64,000 bases of DNA, from contig JAPDJY010000035.1 of assembly GCA_029258835.1 (NCBI GenBank), positions 1 to 64,000 of the forward strand, written 5' to 3'. The notes below the pieces were generated by a model. The model was not told the DNA's origin, did no database searches, and saw nothing but the letters and a program-made list of their open reading frames with translations. This document shows, in pieces, positions 41,295 to 51,669 of the stretch (its first letter is position 1; each line of letters starts with the position of its first letter). The translations under genes and the position numbers were made by a program. The stretch comes from Thermoproteota archaeon. Its GTDB lineage: Archaea; Asgardarchaeota; Jordiarchaeia; Jordiarchaeales; Freyrarchaeaceae.

Positions 41295-41957
41295 ATGTGG
41301 CTTGGAGAGGATGATGAAGTGGCCGGCTACCATGAAGTTAAACTAAGTGATGAGGAAGGAAGGTACTTGGTTAGACTCGCAAGGCGGACAATAGAGGAGT
41401 ACGTCAGGTCTGGAAAAGTGATGGAAACGCCTAGTGATGCTCCACCAAGGCTGATGGAGAAGGGAGGCGTATTTGTCACTATTAACAAGTTAGTGGAGGG
41501 AGGAAAGCACTTGAGAGGATGCATAGGCTATCCACTCCCTCACTTTCCATTGGTGGAGGCAACTATAAGGTCAGCTGCCGAGGCAACAAGAGACCCTAGG
41601 TTTCCACCTCTTAAGCCGGATGAGCTTAGCGATGTTGTTGTTGAAGTGACTGTTCTAACTGTTCCAGAGCGGCTTAAGGTTCAAGATCCTAGGGAGTACC
41701 TTGACAAGATCAAGGTTGGACGGGATGGGCTCATGATTGCACGCGGCCCCTTTAGAGGCTTACTTCTACCGCAGGTGCCTGTTGAGTGGAACTGGGATGC
41801 TGAAGAGTTTTTGTGTGAGTGCTGCATGAAGGCAGGTTTGCCTCCTGACGCATGGTTTGATGATGAAACTGAAGTCTACGTTTTCCAAGGCGTTATTTTT
41901 GAGGAGGAGAAGCCGCGGGGGGAAATTATTAGGAAAATACTTTCTGAGGGACATTAG
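41295..41957 (+). CDS. AMMECR1 family protein
   Basis: GVFVT, LRGCIG, DPRF, GLLLPQV, KAGL. Confidence 0.93.
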   Translation: MWLGEDDEVAGYHEVKLSDEEGRYLVRLARRTIEEYVRSGKVMETPSDAPPRLMEKGGVFVTINKLVEGGKHLRGCIGYPLPHFPLVEATIRSAAEATRDPRFPPLKPDELSDVVVEVTVLTVPERLKVQDPREYLDKIKVGRDGLMIARGPFRGLLLPQVPVEWNWDAEEFLCECCMKAGLPPDAWFDDETEVYVFQGVIFEEEKPRGEIIRKILSEGH

Positions 41958-43142
41958 ATGAAAGTGTACTTTGCCCCTAACGGTATGGCTTTAGGACATG
42001 CTGGTAGATGCGTTCCCATAGCAAAGAAGCTGGCAAGCAAAGGTATTCAAGTTCTTTTCTCAACGTATGGCGACGCCGTCGAGTTCATTAAGGCGTCCGG
42101 GCTTCCCGTCGTCACGGTTCCAGAGATCAAGTTGATTGAGGGAGAAGATGGAACCGTTGAAATGCTACAAACGAGCATAAGGTGGCCGAAATACGTTGCG
42201 GTGTTCATTAGGCAGCTTATCAGGGAGATCGAGCTACTCAGGAGCTTTAGGCCAGACGTTGTCGTATCCGACTCTAGGCTTTCGCCAGTGCTCGCTTCTG
42301 CTTTGCTAAGAATCCCATGCATACTCTTACTTCATCAAATCAAGCTAATAATACCGCATAAGAAGCCTTTAAGTAAGATTAAGAGAAAGCTTAAGGCTTT
42401 CGGTGAATGGATAATCCTCAACGTGCTCTGGCTGATGTGGAGTCGGAGCACGAGAATTCTAGTTCCAGACTTCCCTCCGCCATACACTATAGCTAAGGAG
42501 CATGTAAACGTTCCTGTGAAGTTCCTGAAAAAAGTCAGGTTTATCGGCCAAATAATAGATAAGATGGCTTACGAGCTACCAGATAAGGAGGAGGTTAAGC
42601 GGAAGCTGGGATTTGATGGACGCCCCTTAATTTACATAGGCATATCTGGCACGAAAAAAGAAAGGAAGGCCATAAATAAAATTCTTAGAAGGATAATCCA
42701 TGATTTCCCTAAAGACTACCAAATCATAATGAGTACAGGGGATCCGGGGGGAGTGAGAGAAGTTTACAGGGGGAATGGAGTGAGAATTTTTAATTGGCTC
42801 CCTGACAGATATGCCGTTCTTAAATCATGTGACCTTGTTATTTCGCGTTCAGGCCACAACACGATAGCTGAGTCAATGTATTATGGCGTCCCATTGATTT
42901 TGATACCTACTCCCGCCCATACGGAGCATCAGATGAACGCCAAGTCGGCTGAAGAGATGGGCGTGGCGAAGGTTATTCAGCAAGATGAACTAAACAGAGA
43001 GACGCTTCTTAAAGCGGTTAGGGAAGTTCTGGAGTCAAATCTCATCAGGAAAAGAGTGATTAAGATCCAGGAAAAATTGCTGAAGAACAATTCGATCCAA
43101 GAGGTTATTAACGAGATAATTTTACTTGCGGGAAGGCGGTGA
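41958..43142 (+). CDS. GT-B glycosyltransferase, family 28 (MurG/MJ1255-like)
   Basis: GMALGHAGR, PDVVVSD, ISRSGHNTIAE, EHQMNA. Confidence 0.88.
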   Translation: MKVYFAPNGMALGHAGRCVPIAKKLASKGIQVLFSTYGDAVEFIKASGLPVVTVPEIKLIEGEDGTVEMLQTSIRWPKYVAVFIRQLIREIELLRSFRPDVVVSDSRLSPVLASALLRIPCILLLHQIKLIIPHKKPLSKIKRKLKAFGEWIILNVLWLMWSRSTRILVPDFPPPYTIAKEHVNVPVKFLKKVRFIGQIIDKMAYELPDKEEVKRKLGFDGRPLIYIGISGTKKERKAINKILRRIIHDFPKDYQIIMSTGDPGGVREVYRGNGVRIFNWLPDRYAVLKSCDLVISRSGHNTIAESMYYGVPLILIPTPAHTEHQMNAKSAEEMGVAKVIQQDELNRETLLKAVREVLESNLIRKRVIKIQEKLLKNNSIQEVINEIILLAGRR

Positions 43143-43148
43143 AAACAG

Positions 43149-44006
43149 TTGTTAGAGGGTGTTAAGAGCGATCTAGAAAGGTTTCTCTTGGAGGACTTAG
43201 GTTTCGGGGACGTAACGAGTGAAGCCGTTATACCGGAGGAGGTTGAAATAGAAGGAGAAATAATTAGTAAGGAAAGAGGCATAATTGCAGGAGTGAATGA
43301 GGCAAAAATGGTTTTCGAGATGGTTGGAGTTAAGGTGGACGTGAAGGTTAAGGATGGAGATGCCGTCGAGAAAGGACAGGTTATCATGAAAGTTAAGGGA
43401 CGGGCAAGGACAATTCTAGGGGCTGAGAGGACGGCGCTTAACATTCTGATGATTATGAGTGGGATAGCCACTGAGACAGCGAAGATCGTTGAGACGGCTC
43501 GAAGGCTGAACAGCAAGGTTAGGGTAGCATGTACCAGAAAAACTACTCCTGGATTCAGGTACTTTGAGAAGAAGGCTGTTGAGGCTGGAGGAGGCGACCC
43601 GCATAGGTTCCGACTAGACGACATGATATTAATAAAAAATAACCATGTCAAAATAGTTGGAAGCGTCTCAGAGGCCATCAGAAGGGCGAGAGAGAGAGCA
43701 AGTTTCTCCAAGAAAATAGAGGTGGAGGTAAGTGAGCCTAGGGATGCGTTAGAAGCAGCATTATCTGGGGCAGATGTAATAATGCTCGACAACATGAGTA
43801 AAGAGAAAGTAAGAGAAACGTTAATGCTTCTAGAGCAGAAGGGGGTTAGAAAGGACGTTATAATTGAGGTATCAGGAGGGATAAGTCTCGAAAACGTTGA
43901 AGAATATGCTGAGCTGGACGTGGACGTGCTCTCCTTAGGCTACGTAACACACTCATCGAAAGCCTTGGACTTAAGCCTGTATGTAACGAAAATTCTAAAA
44001 ACATGA
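43149..44006 (+). CDS. nadC: nicotinate-nucleotide pyrophosphorylase (quinolinate PRTase)
   Basis: EDLGFGDVT, ERTALN, TRKTTPG, HRFRL, IEVEV, IMLDN, SGGI. Confidence 0.96.
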   Translation: MLEGVKSDLERFLLEDLGFGDVTSEAVIPEEVEIEGEIISKERGIIAGVNEAKMVFEMVGVKVDVKVKDGDAVEKGQVIMKVKGRARTILGAERTALNILMIMSGIATETAKIVETARRLNSKVRVACTRKTTPGFRYFEKKAVEAGGGDPHRFRLDDMILIKNNHVKIVGSVSEAIRRARERASFSKKIEVEVSEPRDALEAALSGADVIMLDNMSKEKVRETLMLLEQKGVRKDVIIEVSGGISLENVEEYAELDVDVLSLGYVTHSSKALDLSLYVTKILKT

Positions 44007-44384
44007 CATAGAAAGAACTGGAAATCAGATTGAGCGCCCGAGAGGTAAGAGATTCTTTAAGCAAGAATGCAAAAACGGGAATATACTGCCTTCTTCATAA
44101 ACGAGGCCTCCATTAAGGGTTGGTATGATAATTTGATTAGAGGAAAATGAGCAGCTTATACGTTAGATGAGCGGGAAATGCTTTAAATAATTCTTCCATC
44201 TTGGAAGAGAATATTTAAAATAAGCAAGGAGGCCTGCAGAATTAATTAGTTAGAAGAGCAAGATAACCTTTATATTCTGTCTGAATCTTCTTCTTAACAA
44301 TAATGAAACAATTTAGACGAAGAGTGGAAGGAGGCAAAGGAGAGATAACGCGGATATGAGAAATTAAGTTTTAACACTTGGAGG

Positions 44385-45665
44385 ATGTCTTTTTTGGAAA
44401 TTACGTTTCTAGGTGGCTGTCAGACTGTAGGTGGATCTGGTGTTTTCATATCTGATGGAAAAACTAACGTTTTAATAGATTATGGAGTTTACATGGGGCG
44501 GAAGGAAAAGCCAATGCCGAATCTACCCCCAGACAAGGTGGATGCGGTCTTCCTCACCCATGCACATTTAGATCACGTAGGGGCGACACCTATCCTTTAT
44601 GATGAGAACCATGAAACCAGCCCACCAGTATATGTAACGCCGCCTACACAGGGACTGCTGCCATTGCTAATAGACGATATGCTGAAGATCAAGAAGTTTC
44701 CTTTTGGCAAGAGGGAAGAAAGAAGGATGCTAGGTAGGGCGAGGCTAGTAAATTATGGGGATTTTGTCAAAGTTGGAAGCATAAAAGTAAAGATAATAAA
44801 TTCGGGGCACATACCGGGAGCGTATTCTGCCCTAATAGAGGCTGATGGAAAACGAATATTTTATACGTCAGACTTTAACACTAGGGCAACTCGCCTTGTG
44901 CAAAACGCAGACTTCAACGGGATAAAGCCTGAAGTGGTAATTATAGAAAGCACGTACGCACTAGAAGAGCACCCGGAACGGTTAGAGACGGAGAAGGCGT
45001 TAGTAAATGCGATAATGGAGACCGTGGAAAACGGAGGAGTGGTCCTGATCCCAGCATTTGCCGTAGCAAGGTCGCAGGAGATACTTTGCGTCTTAGAAAG
45101 GTACAATTTAAACTACAGTTACAGTATAACTCTTGATGGGATGGCACGTGACGCGAGCAGAATATTACTTCAATACCCGGACTATCTTAAAGACTATGAG
45201 AGCCTTCTTAGAGCATTAAGCAATTGTAAGTGGGTGCGCAGGTTCCATGATAGGGTTGAAGCAGTAAGCCGTCCAGGAGTAGTCGTTTCAACGGCAGGCA
45301 TGCTTAAAGGCGGCCCAACCATTCACTACATGAGAATGTTAGCAAAAGACCCTGAAAACGCTGTCTTCCTAGTTAGCTTCCAAGTACCCGGAACACCGGG
45401 AAGATTGCTTCTTGATACAGGGTACTTCCCCCTCTATGGAAAACCAGAACGTGTAAACGCTCAAGTTAGGTTCTTCAACTTTTCATCTCATGCCGACGGA
45501 AAACAAATACGTCAAGTAATAGAAACACTCAACCATAATAATTCACCAATATACTTTACAATGCACGGTGAGAAGGAGGCTTGCAGAGCCCTAGCAGAAG
45601 AAATACAGGAAAAATACGATAAGGAGGCTATAACGCCAAAAGCCGGAGAAACGTATGAGATATAA
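44385..45665 (+). CDS. MBL-fold beta-CASP ribonuclease (aCPSF2-like)
   Basis: THAHLDH, GHIPG, IESTY, PAFAVARSQE, FSSHAD, MHGE. Confidence 0.9.
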   Translation: MSFLEITFLGGCQTVGGSGVFISDGKTNVLIDYGVYMGRKEKPMPNLPPDKVDAVFLTHAHLDHVGATPILYDENHETSPPVYVTPPTQGLLPLLIDDMLKIKKFPFGKREERRMLGRARLVNYGDFVKVGSIKVKIINSGHIPGAYSALIEADGKRIFYTSDFNTRATRLVQNADFNGIKPEVVIIESTYALEEHPERLETEKALVNAIMETVENGGVVLIPAFAVARSQEILCVLERYNLNYSYSITLDGMARDASRILLQYPDYLKDYESLLRALSNCKWVRRFHDRVEAVSRPGVVVSTAGMLKGGPTIHYMRMLAKDPENAVFLVSFQVPGTPGRLLLDTGYFPLYGKPERVNAQVRFFNFSSHADGKQIRQVIETLNHNNSPIYFTMHGEKEACRALAEEIQEKYDKEAITPKAGETYEI

Positions 45666-45714
45666 TTAGATGACACTTAAAATTTGCAACCCAAAAGTTT
45701 TGGAAAACACTTGA

Positions 45715-45933
45715 TTATCGAGGTTTAATTTTCCTTGCTTCCCTCTCAGTTTCTCTTAACATAACTATGTCACCGACTCTGACGGGTCCACGAATATTTC
45801 GGGTTAGAATACGTCCTCTATCTGGACCATCAAGAATGCGTACACGACACTGAATTATCTCGCCGTAAACGCCAGTTCTATCTACTATGGCTATTACCTC
45901 AGCTGGTGTCGCAGTATCCTGCTGGGAACTCAT
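45715..45933 (-). CDS. rps28e: 30S ribosomal protein S28e
   Basis: [32 protein letters not shown]. Confidence 0.96.
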   Translation of the reverse strand: MSSQQDTATPAEVIAIVDRTGVYGEIIQCRVRILDGPDRGRILTRNIRGPVRVGDIVMLRETEREARKIKPR

Positions 45934-46157
45934 ACCTTTACCTCCTTTTTTAATCGGGCTAAATTTAACACTTTCAGCAGCCAACTGTTGGAAGGAAGCA
46001 ATAAAAAGTTTTCTGGAAATAATGTTGAAAAGGAGAAATAGCTTCTAGTAGCATTTAAAAGAGAGGAAGTTAGTCAGAGTAAGAGGTCGCCGAGGAAACT
46101 TGCTTCGGGATTGAATGCGGTATGCGGTATCCTGAGGAAGAAGTTTTTAGGGGATCA

Positions 46158-47675
46158 TTAACGGGAATTTACCGGCTTATTATCCATGGCATAGGGTATG
46201 TAACGTATCACGTCGGTGGCTGTTATATGGTATCCACTTTGTTGCACGGCGAGGTCTCCGGCTTTCCCGTTTATGAACGCGGCAGCTACAGCGGCCTTAA
46301 ATGGTTCCTTCCTCCAAGAGAGAATGGCGGCGCAACATCCTGTAAGAACGTCCCCTGTCCCTCCAACGGTCATGCCAGGATTTCCAGTAAGGTTTAATTT
46401 CACTTTCTCTCCGTTAGAGATTACATCCCAGTGGGCCTTTAAGAGTATTGTTGCATTAAGGCGTCCTGCCCACTCCTTTACTTTTAATATTTTTTCTTCT
46501 AGTGGCTTGCCAAGAAGGTTTTCTCCTGTTAGGATGGTAAACTCTCCTTGATGGGGGGTCAGCACCATCTTGTTTCCCACAGCGTTTAACCTTTTCGGAA
46601 GCGCTTTTAACCCATCAGCATCTATTACAGTTGGAATGTCTTTTTCCTTAGCTAGAATTATGGTTTCTAAGACCGCTTCTTGTGTTTCCCTTTCAATTCC
46701 AAGTCCAGGTCCTATAGCTAAGGCTGACGATTGGTTTAGTAGATCCCCCACGATGTCTAGCGACTCTTTAGTGTAAACGTCTCCAGGGAGAGAGGCTACA
46801 ATCAGGTTAGGGGAGTATGAGCGTATGGCTTGGGCAACGCTTGATGGGGCTGCAACCACGACGATATCTACTCCCATTGTTAAAGCAGCTAAAGCAACTA
46901 GGGCTGGAGCGCCGGAATACTGCTTGCCCCCGCCAATAATCAGCACTCTTCCATGATCACCTTTATGTGATTGGGGGAGACGTTGAACTTTTATGATTTC
47001 GACGTCTCCGGGGCCGGCTATCAGCTCGGCTTCAGGGGGGATGCCTATCCGGTGAACTTCCAATTCTCCTGTTAACTGGGAGCCTAACAGTGCAGGTTTA
47101 GCGGCATGGAAAGAAACTGTTAAGTCTGCTTTTACCGCTCTCCCAGCAATTTCCCCTGTATCCGGGTTTAAACCTGAGGGAATGTCTACGGACACTTTAA
47201 AGCAGTTTAATGTGTTAATTAGGTCTATTGCTGACGCGGCGGGCTCCCTTACTTCGCCTTTAACTCCTGTTCCAAGGATGGCATCTATAACAACGTCTAC
47301 CTTGGCAAGGGTTTTTCTAAGGGTTTGAATTTCCGAAGAATCTCTAACTATGATTTTTTCTATTTTAAAGAGTTTTTTGGTGATGTTCCAGTTGGTTCGC
47401 GCCTCTGTGGTTCGAATTTTCTCTTCTTCCCCAAGTAAGACAACTTTTACTTTTGCGCCGAGAGATGCGAAGTGCCTAGCCGCTACGAGACCATCGCCTC
47501 CATTGTTTCCCAGTCCGCAGAAAACCACCACTTGCTTTTCTTTAATGTCAAACCTTCTAGCCACCGCATCCGCAACGCATCTTCCAGCGTTTTCCATTAG
47601 AAGAAGGCGTGATACACCTAGGAATTCAGCATTTAAGTCTATTGCCTTCATCTCCTCACTAGTTACGACTTTCAT
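46158..47675 (-). CDS. nnr: bifunctional NAD(P)H-hydrate epimerase/dehydratase
   Basis: LMENAG, GNNGGDG, DIPSG, HKGDHG, IGPGLG, LTPHQGEF, GGTGDVL. Confidence 0.95.
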   Translation of the reverse strand: MKVVTSEEMKAIDLNAEFLGVSRLLLMENAGRCVADAVARRFDIKEKQVVVFCGLGNNGGDGLVAARHFASLGAKVKVVLLGEEEKIRTTEARTNWNITKKLFKIEKIIVRDSSEIQTLRKTLAKVDVVIDAILGTGVKGEVREPAASAIDLINTLNCFKVSVDIPSGLNPDTGEIAGRAVKADLTVSFHAAKPALLGSQLTGELEVHRIGIPPEAELIAGPGDVEIIKVQRLPQSHKGDHGRVLIIGGGKQYSGAPALVALAALTMGVDIVVVAAPSSVAQAIRSYSPNLIVASLPGDVYTKESLDIVGDLLNQSSALAIGPGLGIERETQEAVLETIILAKEKDIPTVIDADGLKALPKRLNAVGNKMVLTPHQGEFTILTGENLLGKPLEEKILKVKEWAGRLNATILLKAHWDVISNGEKVKLNLTGNPGMTVGGTGDVLTGCCAAILSWRKEPFKAAVAAAFINGKAGDLAVQQSGYHITATDVIRYIPYAMDNKPVNSR

Positions 47676-47769
47676 CCTCGGCACCCCGATGTTCCCAGAA
47701 GAAAAATACACGAAGTAAGCACTTTAACTTTAAGGTATTTCCTAGATAAAATATTGAGGGAGAAGGCTA

Positions 47770-48392
47770 ATGAAAGCTGGGGTGAAGCTGTTTCTACGAG
47801 CACTTCTAAACCTTTTAAAGGCAGTAATTAAGCCAAATTGTTTCAAATGCCAGAAATGTGGTGCTTGCTGCTCCGTTTATACCATATGCGTCACTGATTC
47901 AGATGTTAAAAAGGATAGCTGAAAAATATGGGGTTGATCCTTGCAGCTTTACTACAGGAGTGATTCCTGCTGGTAGAGTGGCACACACATACTCGGACAT
48001 TCCCAAATTCGGACATTCCCAGATTTATAGGGGGAGGATGGAGTGGAGAGGGTGTTGGCGTTAAGGGAGGAGGGAAAACGTATCTTCAACAGGGGTATGC
48101 GTGGTTTACCCTGTTAGACCGAGAGTGCGCAGAGTGTTTCCATTTGTATGGGGAAGGTGGAAAGTTTAAGCTTAACAGGGAAGCCCTCTTTTTCTGTAAA
48201 GGTATAGGGGGTGGAAGGCGCTGCGATTTTAACATGTTAACCGAGGAAGTGGAGGTGCTTGAAAAGGAAGGGAAGCGATACGAGGACGTGGTCAAGCTGT
48301 GGAATGGCCCCGTGAACGAAGGGAGGATTAAAAAGCCTATGGTGGAGAAATTTGTAAAGTTCATTATGGAGGGACGGGTGAATGGGGTTTAA
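47770..48392 (+). pseudogene. YkgJ family (CxxCxxCC) Zn/Fe-chelating protein, frameshifted
   Basis: FKCQKCGACC, then frameshift in A-run ~47908, a 16-bp duplication ~47993-48024, and remnant YPVRPRVRRVFPF with Cys lost. Confidence 0.75.
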
Positions 48393-49251
48393 GGAGCTCT
48401 ACGTAACGGCTAAAGAACCCTTCTTGTCGTGTTCAAAGGGGTATGGTGAAGCAATTATCGTGTTACTGGGTGTTCCATTTGATGGTACGAGTACATATAA
48501 GCCGGGTTCCAGGTTTGCACCTGAAGCAATCAGAGAAGCGTCGCGGAACATGGAAAGCTTTAGCTTAAAGTATAGGGCTGACGTGAAGGATTTAGGCTTC
48601 TGCGACTTGGGAGACTTGGACGTAGTTCCGGGGAACGTCCACGAAACACTTAGAAGGCTAGGGAACGTAATGACGGAATTAATTGATGACGGAAAGAAAC
48701 CTGCGGTTTTAGGAGGGGAGCACACCATCACATTGGCCGTTGTCGAACGCTTGAAAGGCGTTGGAGTAATCCAGTTCGACGCGCACATGGACCTAAGGGA
48801 TGATTACGCTGGACAGAGGGTTTCCCATGCAACATTTGCTAGAAGGCTTCACGAGAGAGGGGTTCCCTTACTTCAACTTGGCGTGAGGGCGTGCTCAAGA
48901 GAGGAATACAGGTACGCTAGAGAAAACAATGTGAGGTTTGTGTCTGCTTATGACATACGCGACTCCTTAATTTATGCGATAAACACTCTGAGGGATTTCC
49001 AAGAGGAGGTAGGGAGAGTTTACGTTACGGTGGATGTCGACGTGTTAGACCCGGCATTTGCTCCTGAGGTAGGGAGCCCCGAACCTGAAGGATTAACCAT
49101 GAGGGAACTCATGAAACTACTGGAAAACTGTGAGGGAATAGTTGGCTTCGACGTGGTCGAGGTTACACCCACAGGAGGAAGAACAGCGTTTACAGCCGCG
49201 AAAATAGCCTTCGAACTCATGTTCAAACTTCATGGCATGCCAGCCGACTAA
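48382..49251 (+). CDS. speB: agmatinase
   Basis: GVPFDGT, GGEHTIT, FDAHMDLRD, DVDVLDPAFAP. Confidence 0.93.
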   Translation: MGFKELYVTAKEPFLSCSKGYGEAIIVLLGVPFDGTSTYKPGSRFAPEAIREASRNMESFSLKYRADVKDLGFCDLGDLDVVPGNVHETLRRLGNVMTELIDDGKKPAVLGGEHTITLAVVERLKGVGVIQFDAHMDLRDDYAGQRVSHATFARRLHERGVPLLQLGVRACSREEYRYARENNVRFVSAYDIRDSLIYAINTLRDFQEEVGRVYVTVDVDVLDPAFAPEVGSPEPEGLTMRELMKLLENCEGIVGFDVVEVTPTGGRTAFTAAKIAFELMFKLHGMPAD

Positions 49252-49257
49252 ATACTT

Positions 49258-50079
49258 CTAGATTAAACCTATTTTCTGAGGGCGATGCTCTAAGAGCGAT
49301 TCGAGGGGAGCCATAAACCCTACGTCCTGCTTCCTAATGTAAACGTTCGGTATCCCGGTAGCTTTGCCTGCCTCAACCATCTCCTCCAGAGTAGGCCTCC
49401 TTAACCGTTTCATTTCATCCTTCCAAGCAAGGTTTGGCTCGAACTCCTGCAGGGTGTAGCTTGCTTCACCCCTTTCAGCCTTCTCACCGTAGCCCAGCTT
49501 AAGAAGTGTTTCCCCAATGTTCCTCATGTGCTCCGGTTTATCATTAACCGTCGGAATAAAGGTGGTTCTGAGATCAGCGTAAACACTGCTCGAGAAAAGG
49601 TGGGTTAAAGTTTTCTTGAGGCGCTTAATAGCTTCGGCGCCGGCGTTAACACCTATAACCTTGCTGTACAGGTCTGGGTCATTAAACGCTGCCTTAACGT
49701 CAACCGAGACCAAGTCTACATGCCCCAGCAGGTTTCCCACCACTTCCGGAAAGTACCCGTTAGTGTCAAACCCGAAAAGGAGACTATTCTCCTTGCAGAA
49801 GTCGGATAAGCCACGCAAGAAATCAGGGTAAAGGGTGGGTTCACCTCCAGATACTTTAACAGCTTCAACCGCGTCAATAGCTCTTTTCAGTTTTGAAAGG
49901 AGCTCGTCAAAGGCCTTTTCATGTTCAGGTTTAACCTCGAGCATACGCCAGTTATGACACATAGGGCAACGGAAAGGGCACCCTGGAACGAATATGACTA
50001 ATGCAGGGTTACGAGGATAGTCTACCAAGCTAAGCTCAACGACGCCTGACACTAAAACTTTCATCAAGCACACCGCCAA
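49258..50079 (-). CDS. radical SAM activase (anaerobic RNR activating protein-like)
   Basis: SLVDYP, GCPFRCPMCHN, SGGEPT, DTNG, RTT. Confidence 0.85.
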   Translation of the reverse strand: MAVCLMKVLVSGVVELSLVDYPRNPALVIFVPGCPFRCPMCHNWRMLEVKPEHEKAFDELLSKLKRAIDAVEAVKVSGGEPTLYPDFLRGLSDFCKENSLLFGFDTNGYFPEVVGNLLGHVDLVSVDVKAAFNDPDLYSKVIGVNAGAEAIKRLKKTLTHLFSSSVYADLRTTFIPTVNDKPEHMRNIGETLLKLGYGEKAERGEASYTLQEFEPNLAWKDEMKRLRRPTLEEMVEAGKATGIPNVYIRKQDVGFMAPLESLLEHRPQKIGLI

Positions 50080-50195
50080 GAAGCGAATTAGCTCATGTAA
50101 CCATTTAAGAATACTTCAAAAAACACTTTTAAATATTAAGCATCTCCAAGACATACGTGTCTTAAGCGTACATGGAATAATGTGAGGGGGTTAAT

Positions 50196-50615
50196 ATGAA
50201 TCATAAGAAGGCATACATAACAGAGTTCGTTGACGTTAAGAAGGACACGATGATGAACATACCATCAAACATAGCGGAGGCCCTCAAAATTAAGGAAGGA
50301 ACACGCTTACTCATAGTCGCAGACATCAACAAAATGAACTTCGTAGCGTACCCGATAGTTAAAGAGGAGAGAATGCTCGCCGAAGTAAAAGTGAGAATGC
50401 TTGATAAGCCCGGAGCGCTAGGTGAAATAGCCACCGCTCTCGGAGAAATGGGGATAAACATACACACTACGCTAATTCCCCCAAGCACAACGGGTGTGTC
50501 GGACGCGTACCTAATAGTCGACTGCACTGAAAGTAAGGTTCCACTAACCGAGGTCGAGGAGAAACTGGGGAAACTCAAAAACACAATTGAAGTAGAAGTG
50601 AACCCATTAGAGTGA
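50196..50615 (+). CDS. AbrB-like + ACT domain protein
   Basis: IPSNIAEALKIKEG; DKPGALGEIATALGEMGINI. Confidence 0.8.
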   Translation: MNHKKAYITEFVDVKKDTMMNIPSNIAEALKIKEGTRLLIVADINKMNFVAYPIVKEERMLAEVKVRMLDKPGALGEIATALGEMGINIHTTLIPPSTTGVSDAYLIVDCTESKVPLTEVEEKLGKLKNTIEVEVNPLE

Positions 50616-50641
50616 AACAGGTAAATAAAGGAAGCGGAAAA

Positions 50642-51289
50642 ATGGAGAGAACACTTGTACTCTTAAAACCAGACGCTACCGTTAGGCGCTTCGTTGGAGC
50701 AAACACCATAAAAGCACTACTTGACGAAGGCTACGAAATACATAAGTTTGCAGAGATACAAGTCAACAGGAAACTTGCAGAGCAACACTACGAGGAACAT
50801 GCAGGCAAACCATTTTTCAACTGGCTTGTCTTCTTCATAATGGTAGCCCCAGTCGTAGCCATGGAAGTAAAAGGAGAAAACGTTGTACAAGGCGTAAGAA
50901 AGCTGCTAGGGGCAACCTTAGTCCAAAATGCAGAGCCAAACACGATCAGAGGAAAATATGGAATATGGGGGGGAGTAAACGTAGCCCACGCATCAGATTC
51001 CATTCAAACAGCAGAAAGAGAACTATCCATCTGGCTCACCAAAACAGAACTAGGGGAAAAAGAAAACGGAAAACAGGCAGAAAAATACGTTGAAAAATGG
51101 ATCCAGTCTCCAAGAGACAACACTCAAAAACTTAGAAAAATCTGCGAGAACCTCTCAGAAGGAAAAATTGAAGCAGAAAGCGCACAAGAAGAAATAGAAA
51201 TGTTAATACTTGAAGAAAACCCTCATACTAATAGTCAATACGTAACCAAATTAGCAAAAGCAATAGTTCAAAACTGCCTAATAGATTAA
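50642..51289 (+). CDS. ndk: nucleoside diphosphate kinase with C-terminal extension
   Basis: ERTLVLLKPDA, HYEEHAGKPFF, TIRGKYG, NVAHASDS. Confidence 0.92.
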   Translation: MERTLVLLKPDATVRRFVGANTIKALLDEGYEIHKFAEIQVNRKLAEQHYEEHAGKPFFNWLVFFIMVAPVVAMEVKGENVVQGVRKLLGATLVQNAEPNTIRGKYGIWGGVNVAHASDSIQTAERELSIWLTKTELGEKENGKQAEKYVEKWIQSPRDNTQKLRKICENLSEGKIEAESAQEEIEMLILEENPHTNSQYVTKLAKAIVQNCLID

Positions 51290-51411
51290 AAATACTTACC
51301 CATCAAATTTTCATCTTTTTTAACGTTATTATCCAAGAAATTTTCAAACGCCACCCCCAAAAGACGAAAACATTAACTAAGAAGATTAAAATTCCAAAAT
51401 GTCGTAGGTTG

Positions 51412-51609
51412 TTACCTAGCTTTCTCATAAAAACGCGTCCATTTAAATTTACGAGGCTTCCGCTTTAGCTTAAGCATGTTCTTCCGACACTTGCTTGAGC
51501 AAAACCTTAAAACAGAGCCGTCACGTTTCACGTACTGTATGCCAGTTCCAGGCTCTATGTCTTTACCACAGAATGAACACGTGAACACCTTCAAATCAGA
51601 CACCAGCAT
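51412..51609 (-). CDS. rpl24e: 50S ribosomal protein L24e
   Basis: [28 protein letters not shown]. Confidence 0.96.
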   Translation of the reverse strand: MLVSDLKVFTCSFCGKDIEPGTGIQYVKRDGSVLRFCSSKCRKNMLKLKRKPRKFKWTRFYEKAR

Positions 51610-51669
51610 ACAACAAAACAGAAACATAACTTAAATTTTTCCCTCCCCTTTAAAAGAAGCTTAATAAGG

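Noticed and set aside
47770-48392. Programmed frameshift or selenoprotein in the YkgJ-like gene
   Set aside because: Multiple independent lesions and loss of conserved Cys indicate ordinary decay
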